NCBI GenBank assembly: GCA_963662275.1
Contig: OY759316.1
Span: 2,048,001 to 2,112,000, forward strand
Direction: 5' to 3'
Length of the DNA: 64,000 bases
Source of the DNA: Candidatus Cloacimonadales bacterium
Lineage (GTDB): Bacteria; Cloacimonadota; Cloacimonadia; Cloacimonadales; DAONDQ01
In this document: piece after piece, positions 1-10,888 of the stretch
Numbering within the stretch: position 1 is the stretch's first letter
Layout: each line of letters opens with the position of its first letter
Program-made: the position numbers and the translations under genes
Notes under the pieces: generated by a model
What the model saw: the letters and a program-made list of their open reading frames with translations, nothing else
Database searches by the model: none
What the model was told of the DNA's origin: nothing

Positions 1-813
1 CAAATGCACGTATACCATGGTCGCTCTAAGACTTTCGTGCCCGAGCAAGTCTTTGATGATGATGATACTGACACCTGCTTCCAATAAATGTGTGGCATAA
101 GAATGTCTGAGTGTATGACAGGTTACATGCTTAGGGATGCGTGTCTCCTTTAAGGCTGACTTCAGAGCTGACCGAAGAGTTTGGACAGAAATCTGGTTCG
201 AGGTTGTCATTCTGTTAATATCAGCCTGTCTGGTGCTTCTGCTCGGGAATAAAAGCTGTCTGTTCTGATGGGTTTTCCAATATTCCCGGAGTTCCTGATA
301 CAATTTTTCAGGCAGAGGTATTGACCTGTCTTTGTTGCCTTTGGATTGCCTTACCGTGATGGTCATCAATTCCCGGTTGATATCGGCTATTTTAATCTTG
401 ACTGCTTCCGAAATCCTTAATCCGCATTGATAGGTAAGAGTCAGTAAGAGTCGATAATCATAAGTATGAATGCGGGAGATAAGCATTCTAACTTCGTCTG
501 TGGTCAGAATCACAGGAAGTTTGTGCTCAATCTTTGCCTTAAAAAAGGTAAAATCCTCTTGCCTGAAACCAACAACATGGATGAAAAAAAATCTGATGCC
601 ATAATAGGCTGATTTTAAACTCTGAGGACTATAATTCTTGACGTTATGCAGGTAGACAAAATATGTTCTTACCTGTTCAATAGATAGTGTGCCGGGGTCT
701 TGACCATAATATGATGCTAAAGAAGTGACTTGTCTGATGTAATTGTATTTTGTCTCTCGGGACACGCCTCGAAGATCAAGGCACTCTAAAAAGCGAACTT
801 CGTATGATTCCAT
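1..813 (-). CDS. Tyrosine recombinase/integrase, 3' end outside window
   Basis: Reverse complement of 61578-62390; ATG at 813 with GGAGG RBS. Confidence 0.92.
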   Translation of the reverse strand, partial: MESYEVRFLECLDLRGVSRETKYNYIRQVTSLASYYGQDPGTLSIEQVRTYFVYLHNVKNYSPQSLKSAYYGIRFFFIHVVGFRQEDFTFFKAKIEHKLPVILTTDEVRMLISRIHTYDYRLLLTLTYQCGLRISEAVKIKIADINRELMTITVRQSKGNKDRSIPLPEKLYQELREYWKTHQNRQLLFPSRSTRQADINRMTTSNQISVQTLRSALKSALKETRIPKHVTCHTLRHSYATHLLEAGVSIIIIKDLLGHESLRATMVYVHL

Positions 814-940
814 ACTTACCTCCAGTTAATTTTGGGGGTAAGTATGCTTTTAGTGAGGGTTCAGTATATCAATAGTTTAAATGCATGAAACACGAGTTTA
901 CTGCGAACGGTACTGCTGCTTGCAGCTTCGTTCAACAAGA
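1..940 (-). mobile_element. Partial copy (cut by window edge) of tyrosine recombinase + IS91-family transposase element, inverted relative to the copy at 61454-63906
   Basis: 1-940 is the colinear reverse complement of 61451-62390 (coordinates sum to 62391 at both ends, so no net indel; no mismatch seen by eye). Identity stops after TTCAACAAGA at 940. Confidence 0.93.
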
Positions 941-1552
941 ATTTCTTTTAGATTAGATATTCTACTTGCTTTTTTAGGGATTTTATTATCATTATTTAGT
1001 ATCGGATTTTCTTTATTTAATCGTGGTGAACAGTTGAAAGAAAAAAAGAGAGTCGATCAATTAACTTTCTTATCGATGGTTACTCCTGATGAAAGAAAAT
1101 GTTTTATTGATTATGCCAGACTTGTAAATATCCCAGAAAGTTCTGTCATGGATATGGCTAGCTCGCTAACTCAAGGCGTAAATAGATTCAATCGAGGCGA
1201 AATAACTAATTCATTGAGTTACTTTCAATATGCAATAAATTCATTACCGGATTATCCAACAGGATACTTAGCTGAAGCATACGTTTTCGAAAAGCTAAAA
1301 AATCAAGATAGTTTGATTTGCTATCTTCAAAAAGCTATTGAAAAAGCTGAGTCGCTTAGACCAGATTTGAAAGTGATATTTATTGGTGAAGTTAATACAT
1401 TTATTGTGAATGATAAAGAGATTTCTGATCCTCTACCAATTGGCACTTCTGCATGGAATATTGATAGTTTTATCTATCACTGTAAGAAAAAGCTTGAAAT
1501 CTATAATATTAATGGATGCGAGAAGAAAAAAACTATTACAAACACTGAATAA
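881..1552 (+). CDS. Membrane-anchored TPR-like protein; first 20 codons come from the mobile element end, so probably an interrupted or fused gene
   Basis: Hydrophobic helix ILLAFLGILLSLFSIGFSL and TPR-like YFQYAINSLPDYPTGYLAEAYVF. The leader MHETRVYCERYCCLQLRSTR also starts ORF 61274-61510. Confidence 0.55.
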   Translation: MHETRVYCERYCCLQLRSTRISFRLDILLAFLGILLSLFSIGFSLFNRGEQLKEKKRVDQLTFLSMVTPDERKCFIDYARLVNIPESSVMDMASSLTQGVNRFNRGEITNSLSYFQYAINSLPDYPTGYLAEAYVFEKLKNQDSLICYLQKAIEKAESLRPDLKVIFIGEVNTFIVNDKEISDPLPIGTSAWNIDSFIYHCKKKLEIYNINGCEKKKTITNTE

Positions 1553-1776
1553 ACATAATGACAATCTATTAATCATGGTTATATGAAGCAGGTATTTAAC
1601 AGGATGATTATGGAATCATATGTCACAAATAGCATCTAGGATTGATAAACTAAATATTTTGTGAGTGAGTTCGAAAATAGCTCAATTTTATTCATACTTC
1701 CAACAATTCAGTTGACATAATTTCCATACTTTGCGAATTAATAAAATAATGTATTATTATGTAAAGGGGGAAACCT

Positions 1777-1980
1777 ATGCCTAGAATGACTGTTGACCCT
1801 AATTATTGTAAAGGGTGCGGTCTTTGTATTGAAGCATGTCCGAAGAAGATCATACGTTTTTCGGAAGAGATCAATAGCAAAGGCTATCATTACGCTGAAT
1901 GTTTTAACCAGGATGCCTGCATCGCCTGCAAGATGTGTTACATGACTTGCCCTGATGTGGCAATTACCGTGGAAAAGTAG
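1777..1980 (+). CDS. 2x[4Fe-4S] ferredoxin, delta subunit of 2-oxoacid:ferredoxin oxidoreductase
   Basis: Two CxxCxxCxxxCP motifs; operon context. Confidence 0.9.
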   Translation: MPRMTVDPNYCKGCGLCIEACPKKIIRFSEEINSKGYHYAECFNQDACIACKMCYMTCPDVAITVEK

Positions 1981-1988
1981 GAGGGATT

Positions 1989-3068
1989 ATGGCAAAAGTA
2001 TTAATGAAAGGAAATGAAGCAGTAGCAGAAGCCGCCATCCGTGCCGGTTGTCGTTTATATTTTGCATATCCCATCACTCCTCAAAGTGAACTAATTGAGT
2101 ATATGGCAAAAAAAATGCCACTCGTGAATGGAACATTCCTTCAAGCTGAAAGCGAAGTCGCTGCCATCAATATGGTATACGGCGCTGCCGGTTGCGGTAG
2201 ACGGGTCATGACTTCTTCCTCATCACCTGGAATCTCTCTCAAAATGGAAGGCTTATCTTATATTGCCGGTTCCATGCTTCCTGCTGTAGTCGTAAATGTA
2301 CAGCGTGGCGGTCCGGGTCTTGGTGATATTCAACCTGCCCAAGCTGATTACTTCCAAGCCACGAAAGGTGGGGGACATGGTGATTATCGTCTTATTGTCC
2401 TGGCACCCAGTTCAGTGCAGGAATTCGCTGATATGGCTGGAGAAGCTTTTGACCTGGCTGACAAATACCGCAATCCCGTCATGATTCTTGCCGATGGTAT
2501 GTTGGGTCAGATGATGGAACCTGTCGAATTTAAAGAGAATAAACCTGCTGAAGAACTACGTGATATCGAACATAAGCACGAATCCTGGTGTATAACAACA
2601 AATGAAGATGGTCCAAAACGACATCATCATGAGATCAATTCGTTGGAAATCGATCCCAAAGTGTTGGAAAAGCACGTCATTGAATTAGGTCAAAAGTATG
2701 ATTATATCACTAAACATGAAACACGCCATGAAGCATACAATGTATCAGATGATAATGAAATTCTTTGCGTTGCTTTCGGGACTGCCTCACGTATTGTGAA
2801 ATCTGCTGTGAATGATCTAAAAGATGAAGGTAAGAGCATTGGACTGATTCGTCCCATCACTTGTTGGCCTTATCCTTATGAAGCTGTGAAACAAGCGATT
2901 GGAAGTAAAGTAAAAAAAGTCCTCGTCTTCGAACTAAACCTCGGTCAAATGCTGGATGACGTCAAAATCGCCGTTGAAGGCAAAGTCCCTGTTGATTTTT
3001 ATGGAAAGGTAGGCGGTATCGTCTTCACACCGGATGAAATCAAACGTAAGATCGAAGAAAGTTTGTAG
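1989..3068 (+). CDS. vorB: 2-oxoacid (3-methyl-2-oxobutanoate-type):ferredoxin oxidoreductase alpha subunit
   Basis: GNEAVA, AYPITPQSE, QAESE, TSSSSPG, QRGGPG motifs. Confidence 0.88.
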   Translation: MAKVLMKGNEAVAEAAIRAGCRLYFAYPITPQSELIEYMAKKMPLVNGTFLQAESEVAAINMVYGAAGCGRRVMTSSSSPGISLKMEGLSYIAGSMLPAVVVNVQRGGPGLGDIQPAQADYFQATKGGGHGDYRLIVLAPSSVQEFADMAGEAFDLADKYRNPVMILADGMLGQMMEPVEFKENKPAEELRDIEHKHESWCITTNEDGPKRHHHEINSLEIDPKVLEKHVIELGQKYDYITKHETRHEAYNVSDDNEILCVAFGTASRIVKSAVNDLKDEGKSIGLIRPITCWPYPYEAVKQAIGSKVKKVLVFELNLGQMLDDVKIAVEGKVPVDFYGKVGGIVFTPDEIKRKIEESL

Positions 3069-3074
3069 GAGGAC

Positions 3075-3833
3075 ATGATGGAAGTTATTGCAAAAAGACC
3101 TGAATCACTAAGAGACGTTCAATTCACATATTGCCCGGGCTGCCTGCATGGTGTTGCCCATAGACTGATTGCAGAAGCTATAGATGAAATGGGCTTGCGG
3201 AATGTTATGATGGGTGTTGCACCCGTAGGATGTTCTGTATTTGCTTATAAATTCTTCGATTTTGATATGGCGCAAGCTGCTCATGGTCGTGCTCCGGCAG
3301 TTGCCACTGGAATGAAGAGAGCCAGACCGGATATGCATGTTTTTACTTACCAGGGTGACGGCGATTTGGCTGCAATTGGTACTGCTGAAATTGTACATGC
3401 TGCTAATCGTGGCGAACATATCAGTGTTTTCTTCGTTAACAATGCGATCTATGGTATGACGGGCGGTCAAATGGCACCGACTACATTACCAAATATGAAA
3501 ACAACCACTTCACCTTATGGCAGGAATGTGGAAGATGTTGGTTATCCTATTCGTGCTGCTGAATTATTGTCATCCCTTGTGGCTCCATATTATATCGAAA
3601 GAGTATCCTTGTTATCCCCTGGTGATATCATTAAAGCTAAGAAAGCTGTAGCTAAAGCGATTAGATACAACAAGGAAGAACGTGGATTTACTTTTGTCGA
3701 ATTCATATCAACTTGCCCAACCAATTGGGGTATTGATCCTATCAAATCAAGAGAATGGGCAAAAGAAAATATGCTTCCGTACTTCAAAATTGGCTGTTTA
3801 GTAGATAAGGGAAATACGGAGGAAGTAAAATGA
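3075..3833 (+). CDS. 2-oxoacid:ferredoxin oxidoreductase beta (TPP-binding) subunit
   Basis: YCPGC, HGRA, GDGD...NN, YGMTGGQ motifs. Confidence 0.9.
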   Translation: MMEVIAKRPESLRDVQFTYCPGCLHGVAHRLIAEAIDEMGLRNVMMGVAPVGCSVFAYKFFDFDMAQAAHGRAPAVATGMKRARPDMHVFTYQGDGDLAAIGTAEIVHAANRGEHISVFFVNNAIYGMTGGQMAPTTLPNMKTTTSPYGRNVEDVGYPIRAAELLSSLVAPYYIERVSLLSPGDIIKAKKAVAKAIRYNKEERGFTFVEFISTCPTNWGIDPIKSREWAKENMLPYFKIGCLVDKGNTEEVK

Positions 3834-4378
3834 AGACAGAAATTATTTGTGCCGGATTTGGGGGACAGGGTGCTCTGACCATTGGTAAATTCCTAGCCCA
3901 GGCAGGGATGAAAGAAGGACGCAATGTTTCCTGGCTTCCTTCCTATGGTCCTGAGATGCGTGGTGGTACAGCAAATGTATCTACAGTTATTTCTGATGTT
4001 CCGATTGCTTCACCGATCATTTCTTTCCCGGATATACTTGTTGCTTTAAATCAACCTTCATTGGATAAATTTGGACCGAGTGTCAAAGAAAAGGGACTTA
4101 TCATCGCTAATGAAGATATGTGTCCTCACGGTATCAAACGAGATGATATTCGATTCATCAATGTATCGATGTCTGCTCTTGCCCAGGAAATCGGGGATAT
4201 GAAAGTCTTGAATATGATTGCTATTGGTTTGATCATTGGAGCTACCGGTGTGATTACTTATGAAATATTGGAAGAGGATCTGAATTCCTTTATGAAATCT
4301 AAAAATCCTGACCTTCTTGATAAAAACCTCCATGCTATAAAAAAAGGTATGGAAATCGGGATGAACTCACGGATATAA
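3830..4378 (+). CDS. 2-oxoacid:ferredoxin oxidoreductase gamma subunit
   Basis: AGFGGQG and SYGPEMRGG motifs. Confidence 0.9.
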   Translation: MKTEIICAGFGGQGALTIGKFLAQAGMKEGRNVSWLPSYGPEMRGGTANVSTVISDVPIASPIISFPDILVALNQPSLDKFGPSVKEKGLIIANEDMCPHGIKRDDIRFINVSMSALAQEIGDMKVLNMIAIGLIIGATGVITYEILEEDLNSFMKSKNPDLLDKNLHAIKKGMEIGMNSRI

Positions 4379-4389
4379 CGTTATTCAAT

Positions 4390-4425
4390 GGGGGACAATT
4401 CAGCGAATCGTCCCCCTCTTATTTT
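4390..4425 (+). terminator. Probable intrinsic terminator of the oxidoreductase operon
   Basis: GGGGGAC...GTCCCCC stem followed by a T-rich tail. Confidence 0.6.
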
Positions 4426-4639
4426 GGTCAAAGAAGCTTCATATATACAACTATTATAGCACACTTATTTTTAAGTCTAATTAACTTTAAATACATATCT
4501 CACATTATCTGTTCTTTGGATGAGAAATTGCATATTGTATCAGAAGTACGAATAAATATTACAAAGTATGATAAAATCGGCACAGTGGGCTAAAAAGTTC
4601 TTGACACAGAGTATGACAAGAAATAAACAAGTCACACAT

Positions 4640-4726
4640 GCCGAAGTGGTGAAATTGGTAGACGCAGTGGACTCAAAATCCACCGGGCTTTTGTCCATGC
4701 CGGTTCGAGTCCGGCCTTCGGCACCA
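4640..4726 (+). tRNA. tRNA-Leu(CAA)
   Basis: GCCGAAG/CTTCGGC acceptor stem, GTGGA-CT-CAA-AA-TCCAC anticodon arm, long variable arm, GTTCGAG T-loop, encoded CCA. Confidence 0.97.
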
Positions 4727-4889
4727 CATATAAATAGGGGGACGATTAAAGTTCTTTTTGTTATTGCGCATGTTTTATCAAATTTGACGATGTCTTTTAC
4801 ATCGAGTATTGTAGGTATTTATTGAAAGAAAGAATTGATAATGATCGGACTTTATCTATATATTTTCGGAACAACAAAGTGGAGGAACG

Positions 4890-5951
4890 ATGACATCTCG
4901 CCATATGATATACAAAGGAATTTTACTGACGCTAGTTTTAGCGTTTATAATTCCAGTCTCATTAAGTGCAATATCTGAAGCGGCTGTACTGTGGCTTTTA
5001 ATCGAGCCAGGTTCAAATGCCGGTGGAATGGGTAATGCATATGTCGCCAAATCAAATGATGCTTTTGCCGGTTGGTGGAATCCAGCGGCACTTGCCTTTA
5101 ATCAAAAAACTCAAGTTGCCGGTATGCACTCCAATTGGCTGCAAGGTTCCGGAATCAACGATATTTATTATGAATATCTTGGGTGGGATCAATATTTTGA
5201 AGGTGTAGGAACGGTTGGTTTTAACGTCATTTACATGAACTATGGAAAACAGGATAAAACCGATGAGAGTGGTACTGATCAAGGTACTTTCCAAAGTTAT
5301 GAGTTTGCAGCTACAGGATCCTATGGATTCAAACTGATGGAAAAACTTGGTGGTGGACTGAATTTTAAATTCATCTATAGTAAACTTTCTCCTGATGAAC
5401 AAGGACAAACAGGGCAAGGGGTGAAAGGCAGCGGGAGTTCTTATGCCTTTGATGTTGCCTTAAAAGCAAAAGATGTTCTAATTCCACGTCTTGACTTGGG
5501 ATGGAATTTACAAAATATAGGACCCAATATTACATACGTTAACCAGGCACAGGCAGATCCATTACCTATGAATTGGAGAATGGGATTAGCATATCGTGTT
5601 TTTGATTCCCCTATGAACTCGCTTACAGCTACTGCTGATGTGAACAAACTATTAGCTAACAGCGATGGTGTTCTGCAAAGATTAATCACTGCCTGGGGTG
5701 ATGATACATCCAAACAGGAAATAGAATCAACCATTATTAATTTGGGCGGTGAATACTCTTATATGAATCTTTTCTCTGTTAGAGGCGGTTACATATATGA
5801 CAAAGCCGGCGAAGTTATCGGACCTTGTTTTGGAGTTGGTTTCCAATATACATTCACGAACAAATATAAGTTATTCTTCGATTTCGCCATGGTAGAAACC
5901 GGAAAATTAGTAGATTATAACAAGACTTTCTCAATAGGTTTAGACTTTTAA
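4890..5951 (+). CDS. PorV/PorQ-family outer-membrane beta-barrel protein
   Basis: Signal peptide, LLIEPGSNAGGMGNA...WNPAALAF motif, NIGP, C-terminal Phe. Confidence 0.82.
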   Translation: MTSRHMIYKGILLTLVLAFIIPVSLSAISEAAVLWLLIEPGSNAGGMGNAYVAKSNDAFAGWWNPAALAFNQKTQVAGMHSNWLQGSGINDIYYEYLGWDQYFEGVGTVGFNVIYMNYGKQDKTDESGTDQGTFQSYEFAATGSYGFKLMEKLGGGLNFKFIYSKLSPDEQGQTGQGVKGSGSSYAFDVALKAKDVLIPRLDLGWNLQNIGPNITYVNQAQADPLPMNWRMGLAYRVFDSPMNSLTATADVNKLLANSDGVLQRLITAWGDDTSKQEIESTIINLGGEYSYMNLFSVRGGYIYDKAGEVIGPCFGVGFQYTFTNKYKLFFDFAMVETGKLVDYNKTFSIGLDF

Positions 5952-5963
5952 TCTCGAGTTCTA

Positions 5964-8900
5964 ATGAAAATAAGTTACATGATTCTCGTGGTCATGTTCA
6001 TTTGCATGACCACGAGTACAATTTCTGCTAATAACTTACAGATAAGTAAGATTGATTTTAAGCAGCCTATCCCTAAACATCATCCTGGTGAGCAGTTATT
6101 ACTGAGTGGTAAAGCTCCCATTGTAAAACATGGCAGAGCAGCAAACGAGCGGTTACTCGTTATACTTGTTGATTTTGCCTCAGAAAATCCTGATGATCCA
6201 TTTACAACGGGAAACGGGAAATTCGTTTTACAAGCTGATTCTTCCTATCATATCACAATTGGCGCACCTCCACATGATCAGACATATTTTGAAGCAAATC
6301 TATATGCCCTGAGACTTTATTATCTAGCCGCAAGTTTGGGTAGCTATAATCTTTCTTATGATGTATATCCGAAAAATGCTTCTGCCTATACTTTACATCA
6401 TACAATGGGTTATTTTAATCCTCCTAATGCTAGTTCAGATGTCTTTCTTTCACGTATGGAAGAATACTTCAAAGAATCTTTTGAAATAGCTGACTCACTG
6501 AGTCCTGAAATTGATTTTTCTTCCTATGACCATTACATGATCGTTCATGCCGGTTCTGACTGGCAGCATGATATCTTTGGAGATACTCCTTCTGATATGC
6601 CATCCTTTTTTATCCATGTTGCGCCTGGAAAGGAAGCGATCGTTGATAGTACGTTTACCATTTCTCATGCCTGTAATGTTCCTGAAACAATCACCCAGGA
6701 TCTGCAATTATCTGTATCTGATTCAATCAATTATGTTTCAGGATATGGAGCATTAAATGGCGTGTTTGCTCATGAATTCGGTCATTCAATGGGGCTTGTG
6801 GATTTGTACAACGTCAGGACTTCTCAGCCTGAAGTAGGACTTTTTGATATCATGGATAGCGGTGGTGGAACTCAAATGATAGCACAAGTAGAGGGTAATA
6901 CTCTTTATCTTGTTGATGGAGGTTTACCTGCTTTACCCGGTGCTTGGTCTAGAGTAAAAATGTTTGAACAGGATTTTCGAGCACGACATATACTGGAAGA
7001 TTCCTCGGATATAGGCTATGGCAAGCGTTTTCAGATAAAAGCTGCGGAATCCAGATATACGAGTACAAATCCAAAACCATATTTTGTCAAAATCCCATTA
7101 TCAAGTACGGAATACATCCTTCTTGAAAACAGATCAGTCGATCCTGATGGAGATGGTGGTACCTCTCTAATAGGAATTGACCCCAATGATCCCACTAATC
7201 ATCAGTCAAATAATAAGAGAGTTATATTAGCACCATCACCTTATGCCGATAATTTATATACACCCAGTTACGAGTATGATTACCTGTTGCCATCATGGCA
7301 AGGTTCTTCCTCAGATCGACCTGCGATTGGGGGTGGAATTTTGGCATGGCATATCGATGATAAAATTATCTATCAACAGGGAGTTACTAATCAAGGTGAA
7401 TTCACTTCAAATTATGATAATAATAGTGTAAATGCAATTCATAGCAAACGCGGTATTCGTATCATTGAAGCTGACAATCTACCGGATATTGGTAATCAGT
7501 ATTCTTATTTTTGGACAGGAACTTCCTATGAATATTTCTTTAAAAACAGACCTGTTTTGGATAGTGATGGTTATTTTGAAAAATGGTCAGATTTGATATG
7601 GCGTGAAAAACTATCTTCGGATACACAACCAGCACTGATGACAAATGAAAATACACCCGCTCCATATACTATCAATTTTTATAGTAACCCGCACAATCTC
7701 ATGCAAATTGAAATTGCTTCAAATGCCTGGAGTGAGTTAAGTACAATAGGTAATTCTCCTAACCTGGCTGCTCTTGGACCTATCGTTGCAGGCGACTTTT
7801 ACAACACTGATATGCCCGTTATTTCTCAAAATAATATTAGTTATCTTACACACGAATATGAGGCTTCACAAAACATAGATCAGTGGAGTGCCCTATATGG
7901 TTCCTTCGATTTTTCTCCTGGAACGATTAATCATCCTATCATTGCAACTGATTTGAATCACAATCGAATTGGGGATTACTCTCTTGTCAATGGAAACAAG
8001 GTCAGTATTTTTGAAGGCTTGGCATATAGCGAATTAGTAATTCCAGATTCATTGATCACAGATGAACCACTATATGTAAATAATACCTATTTTATACCTG
8101 GGAATGAGAAGCTTTACACAGCGCAGAACCCCATGGGTAAAACAAGTTTATTCGGCACAAGTTTTTCCATTCCTGGTGCAAAGCTAATTGCAGATAGTAC
8201 GAGGGTGTACGCTTTATCAAATAACGAACTCGACATTTTAGATTTGAATACTGAATTAGGTTGGTCAGTCTCTAAACAATTTGATTTACCAGGTGCTTTC
8301 ACAAAGTATCAGCTAATAGGGTACAAGGATCTAGAATATCATCAATCAAATATCGTATTTCTTCTTAATGATTATGGGGATTTGTATCGATTGCAGAATG
8401 ATGATCTGCATCTGATTCTTAGAGTGAAGGATTATACATCCGTACCAGCAACTCAATTAGCGTTAGGTAAATTCAAAGATAACGAAGTTTGTCTCTTACT
8501 GGCTGCGGATAATATGATCATAGCGTTGAATCTAAATGGTGGTATCATACCAGGCTTTCCGGTGAGATTTGATCATGCTGACTTCACTTCTTTCGAGTAT
8601 CCAAAACTAGTGACTTTTGGGAATACCAATTTTGCGATGATTCCGGACAACAGAGGCGGTTATTTCACGATTAGTGAAGATGGTGTTTATGACGACAAAT
8701 ACAGCTATTTCTGGAATACTGATTCATTACCGGACTACTTACATTACGAAAACATCTCAGAGCGCCTCTATCTGTATTATTCCGATAGCATAGGAAATAT
8801 CAATGCTGCTTATATGAATTCGATTACATCTAATCCCATTATCTGGAATGGTTATCGGAATGGGACACTAGGGTTTTATCAAGGTGTAGATATTCCGGTT

Positions 8901-9170
8901 CAAGATTCTCTATCTTTTAACGCATATATTTATCCGAATCCAATATCCCATGGAAATGCTCGTTTACATATAGATCATCTTCAATTCTCAACGAAAGTTC
9001 ATGTATATGATATCCAGGGAAAATTGATGAAGGAACTTAAAGTCGATAAGAATAACTCAACTACTGCTGAACTTCTTCTGAATTTTAAAGATTGGAGTTC
9101 AGGAGTATATCTCTGTACAGTTGAAAGTAATCAAAAAATCGTTAGATTCAAGATCGCAATCGAAAAGTAA
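5964..9170 (+). CDS. Secreted M6 (immune inhibitor A-like) metalloprotease with T9SS type A-like C-terminal domain
   Basis: LLVILVDF, IVHAG, HEFGHSMGLVDLY zinc motif, DIMDSG Met-turn; C-terminal YPNP...YDIQGK...SSGVY...KIAIEK. Confidence 0.82.
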   Translation: MKISYMILVVMFICMTTSTISANNLQISKIDFKQPIPKHHPGEQLLLSGKAPIVKHGRAANERLLVILVDFASENPDDPFTTGNGKFVLQADSSYHITIGAPPHDQTYFEANLYALRLYYLAASLGSYNLSYDVYPKNASAYTLHHTMGYFNPPNASSDVFLSRMEEYFKESFEIADSLSPEIDFSSYDHYMIVHAGSDWQHDIFGDTPSDMPSFFIHVAPGKEAIVDSTFTISHACNVPETITQDLQLSVSDSINYVSGYGALNGVFAHEFGHSMGLVDLYNVRTSQPEVGLFDIMDSGGGTQMIAQVEGNTLYLVDGGLPALPGAWSRVKMFEQDFRARHILEDSSDIGYGKRFQIKAAESRYTSTNPKPYFVKIPLSSTEYILLENRSVDPDGDGGTSLIGIDPNDPTNHQSNNKRVILAPSPYADNLYTPSYEYDYLLPSWQGSSSDRPAIGGGILAWHIDDKIIYQQGVTNQGEFTSNYDNNSVNAIHSKRGIRIIEADNLPDIGNQYSYFWTGTSYEYFFKNRPVLDSDGYFEKWSDLIWREKLSSDTQPALMTNENTPAPYTINFYSNPHNLMQIEIASNAWSELSTIGNSPNLAALGPIVAGDFYNTDMPVISQNNISYLTHEYEASQNIDQWSALYGSFDFSPGTINHPIIATDLNHNRIGDYSLVNGNKVSIFEGLAYSELVIPDSLITDEPLYVNNTYFIPGNEKLYTAQNPMGKTSLFGTSFSIPGAKLIADSTRVYALSNNELDILDLNTELGWSVSKQFDLPGAFTKYQLIGYKDLEYHQSNIVFLLNDYGDLYRLQNDDLHLILRVKDYTSVPATQLALGKFKDNEVCLLLAADNMIIALNLNGGIIPGFPVRFDHADFTSFEYPKLVTFGNTNFAMIPDNRGGYFTISEDGVYDDKYSYFWNTDSLPDYLHYENISERLYLYYSDSIGNINAAYMNSITSNPIIWNGYRNGTLGFYQGVDIPVQDSLSFNAYIYPNPISHGNARLHIDHLQFSTKVHVYDIQGKLMKELKVDKNNSTTAELLLNFKDWSSGVYLCTVESNQKIVRFKIAIEK

Positions 9171-9182
9171 GAGGGTGAAATT

Positions 9183-10163
9183 ATGAACAGACGACTATTC
9201 TTAATCATGTTATGTACGATGTTTGTTTGGACTCTATGCGCACAAAATATTTTTGATGATCCTGACACATTGAAAAACGATATTATCAAAGTGAATTATC
9301 AACGTAAAAATGCCAAATTAGCGATGCTGATGTCTGCGATATTACCTGGAGCAGGTCAATATTATGCCGATAAAAAATCGATAACAACCTACATTTTTCC
9401 TATTATCGAAGCGGGTCTGATTTATGGTTATATTGATTATACCAATAAAGGTCATGACCTTGAACATAAGTATCAGAAGTATGCTACTGGTGAAACAATC
9501 ACTATCAAAAATAACGATGACGTTGTGATCTATACAGGTCCTCGTTATAATACTATATTTCAATTTGGATATTTGAACAGCAGTAGTGTATTGATTCAAG
9601 GTCTACAGCAGAATCTTGCAGGAATCTATACGGATGACATCTATGATAATATCTATTTTAAATGGAATCCCCAAAATATGGAGTTTAATCAGCACTTCTA
9701 TGAAGATATAGGTAAATACAATAAATATATCTTCGGATGGGCTGACTGGTATCAAGTATATGCCTATAATGGTCAAGGTACAATAGATTGGCAGAATGCA
9801 AGTTTTGTACCGGTGCCAAATGCCCCTAATTGGGCTTGGAATAGCAATCATACAATCTGGTTGGGTAATTATCCCACAAATCCTGAAAATATTATCCCCG
9901 GTCAATCCTATGACGAACCATATTCAGCTTTACGGGCAAAATATATCAATATGCGTAAAGATGCTGAAGTCAAATTTGATAAGGCTACAGATATTAATTT
10001 TGCCATTGTTATGAACCATCTTGTTAGTTCATTGGATGCTATAAGAGTAACACATAAGTTTAATCGTAATTATCTTTCACAAAACGAAATGCACTTTAAT
10101 TATCGGACTACCTTGTATAATTCTCATTTCACTCCCATGCTGACATTTTGTAAGGAGTTTTAA
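9183..10163 (+). CDS. Hypothetical DUF5683-like membrane/exported protein (paralogue 1)
   Basis: AMLMSAILPGAGQYY and NHLVSSLDA motifs. Confidence 0.65.
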   Translation: MNRRLFLIMLCTMFVWTLCAQNIFDDPDTLKNDIIKVNYQRKNAKLAMLMSAILPGAGQYYADKKSITTYIFPIIEAGLIYGYIDYTNKGHDLEHKYQKYATGETITIKNNDDVVIYTGPRYNTIFQFGYLNSSSVLIQGLQQNLAGIYTDDIYDNIYFKWNPQNMEFNQHFYEDIGKYNKYIFGWADWYQVYAYNGQGTIDWQNASFVPVPNAPNWAWNSNHTIWLGNYPTNPENIIPGQSYDEPYSALRAKYINMRKDAEVKFDKATDINFAIVMNHLVSSLDAIRVTHKFNRNYLSQNEMHFNYRTTLYNSHFTPMLTFCKEF

Positions 10164-10888
10164 TGAAGAGATTCATAATCCTGGTAGTACTGATATCAAT
10201 AACCGGGATTCTTTTCTGTGAAGATTTGAAATCTCCCAGGAAAGCTATGTTGTTTTCTGCCCTTGTTCCAGGAATGGGAGAACTTTATAGCGGGAATACC
10301 TCAAAAGCAGCAGTGTTTCTTTCTACAGAAGCTGCGATCTGGGTTACATATGCGCGTTTAGAACAGGAAATGAAATGGTCTAAAAGTAATTATATGGAAT
10401 TCGCTTTTAAAAAAGCCGGTATGCCATTGAATAGCAGTGGGAATATATATAAGCTTATGGAAGATTACTCCAGTAGTGCAGAGTATAATAATGAAGTTGA
10501 ATTAAACATCAGGAATAATCTTCTTCAACTTCTTAATGATCCTTCAGTTTCTTCTACTGATCGTGAATATTATGCTCGACTACTTAACGATCCTAATGAG
10601 TATCAGAATTTTATCACGGATTATACTTTTACTGGGAATGAATCCTGGGAATGGAGTAACCAGAATTCATATCATAAGTATTATAATCTTAGAAAAACGC
10701 GTCAGGAATTAGTTATCTATAAGAATTTTGCAGTCAGTGCAACTATCCTTAATAGGATTATCAGTATTGTTGATGCTGCATTGGTTGCCAAAAAGTGGAA
10801 CCATATCCATAATAAGTATGGTTACATAGAGGTTCAACCGGATTTTCCTAATAAAGGAGTGAATCTTGTTTATACACTTCATTTCTAA
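10163..10888 (+). CDS. Hypothetical DUF5683-like protein (paralogue 2)
   Basis: SPRKAMLFSALVPGMGELY and NRIISIVDA motifs. Confidence 0.65.
   Translation: MKRFIILVVLISITGILFCEDLKSPRKAMLFSALVPGMGELYSGNTSKAAVFLSTEAAIWVTYARLEQEMKWSKSNYMEFAFKKAGMPLNSSGNIYKLMEDYSSSAEYNNEVELNIRNNLLQLLNDPSVSSTDREYYARLLNDPNEYQNFITDYTFTGNESWEWSNQNSYHKYYNLRKTRQELVIYKNFAVSATILNRIISIVDAALVAKKWNHIHNKYGYIEVQPDFPNKGVNLVYTLHF

Noticed and set aside
4640..4726. tRNA used as an integration site
   Set aside because: No duplicated tRNA 3' end found. The similarity to 43835-43922 is ordinary isoacceptor homology.
4568..4825. 85-aa ORF
   Set aside because: Overlaps tRNA-Leu(CAA); spurious.
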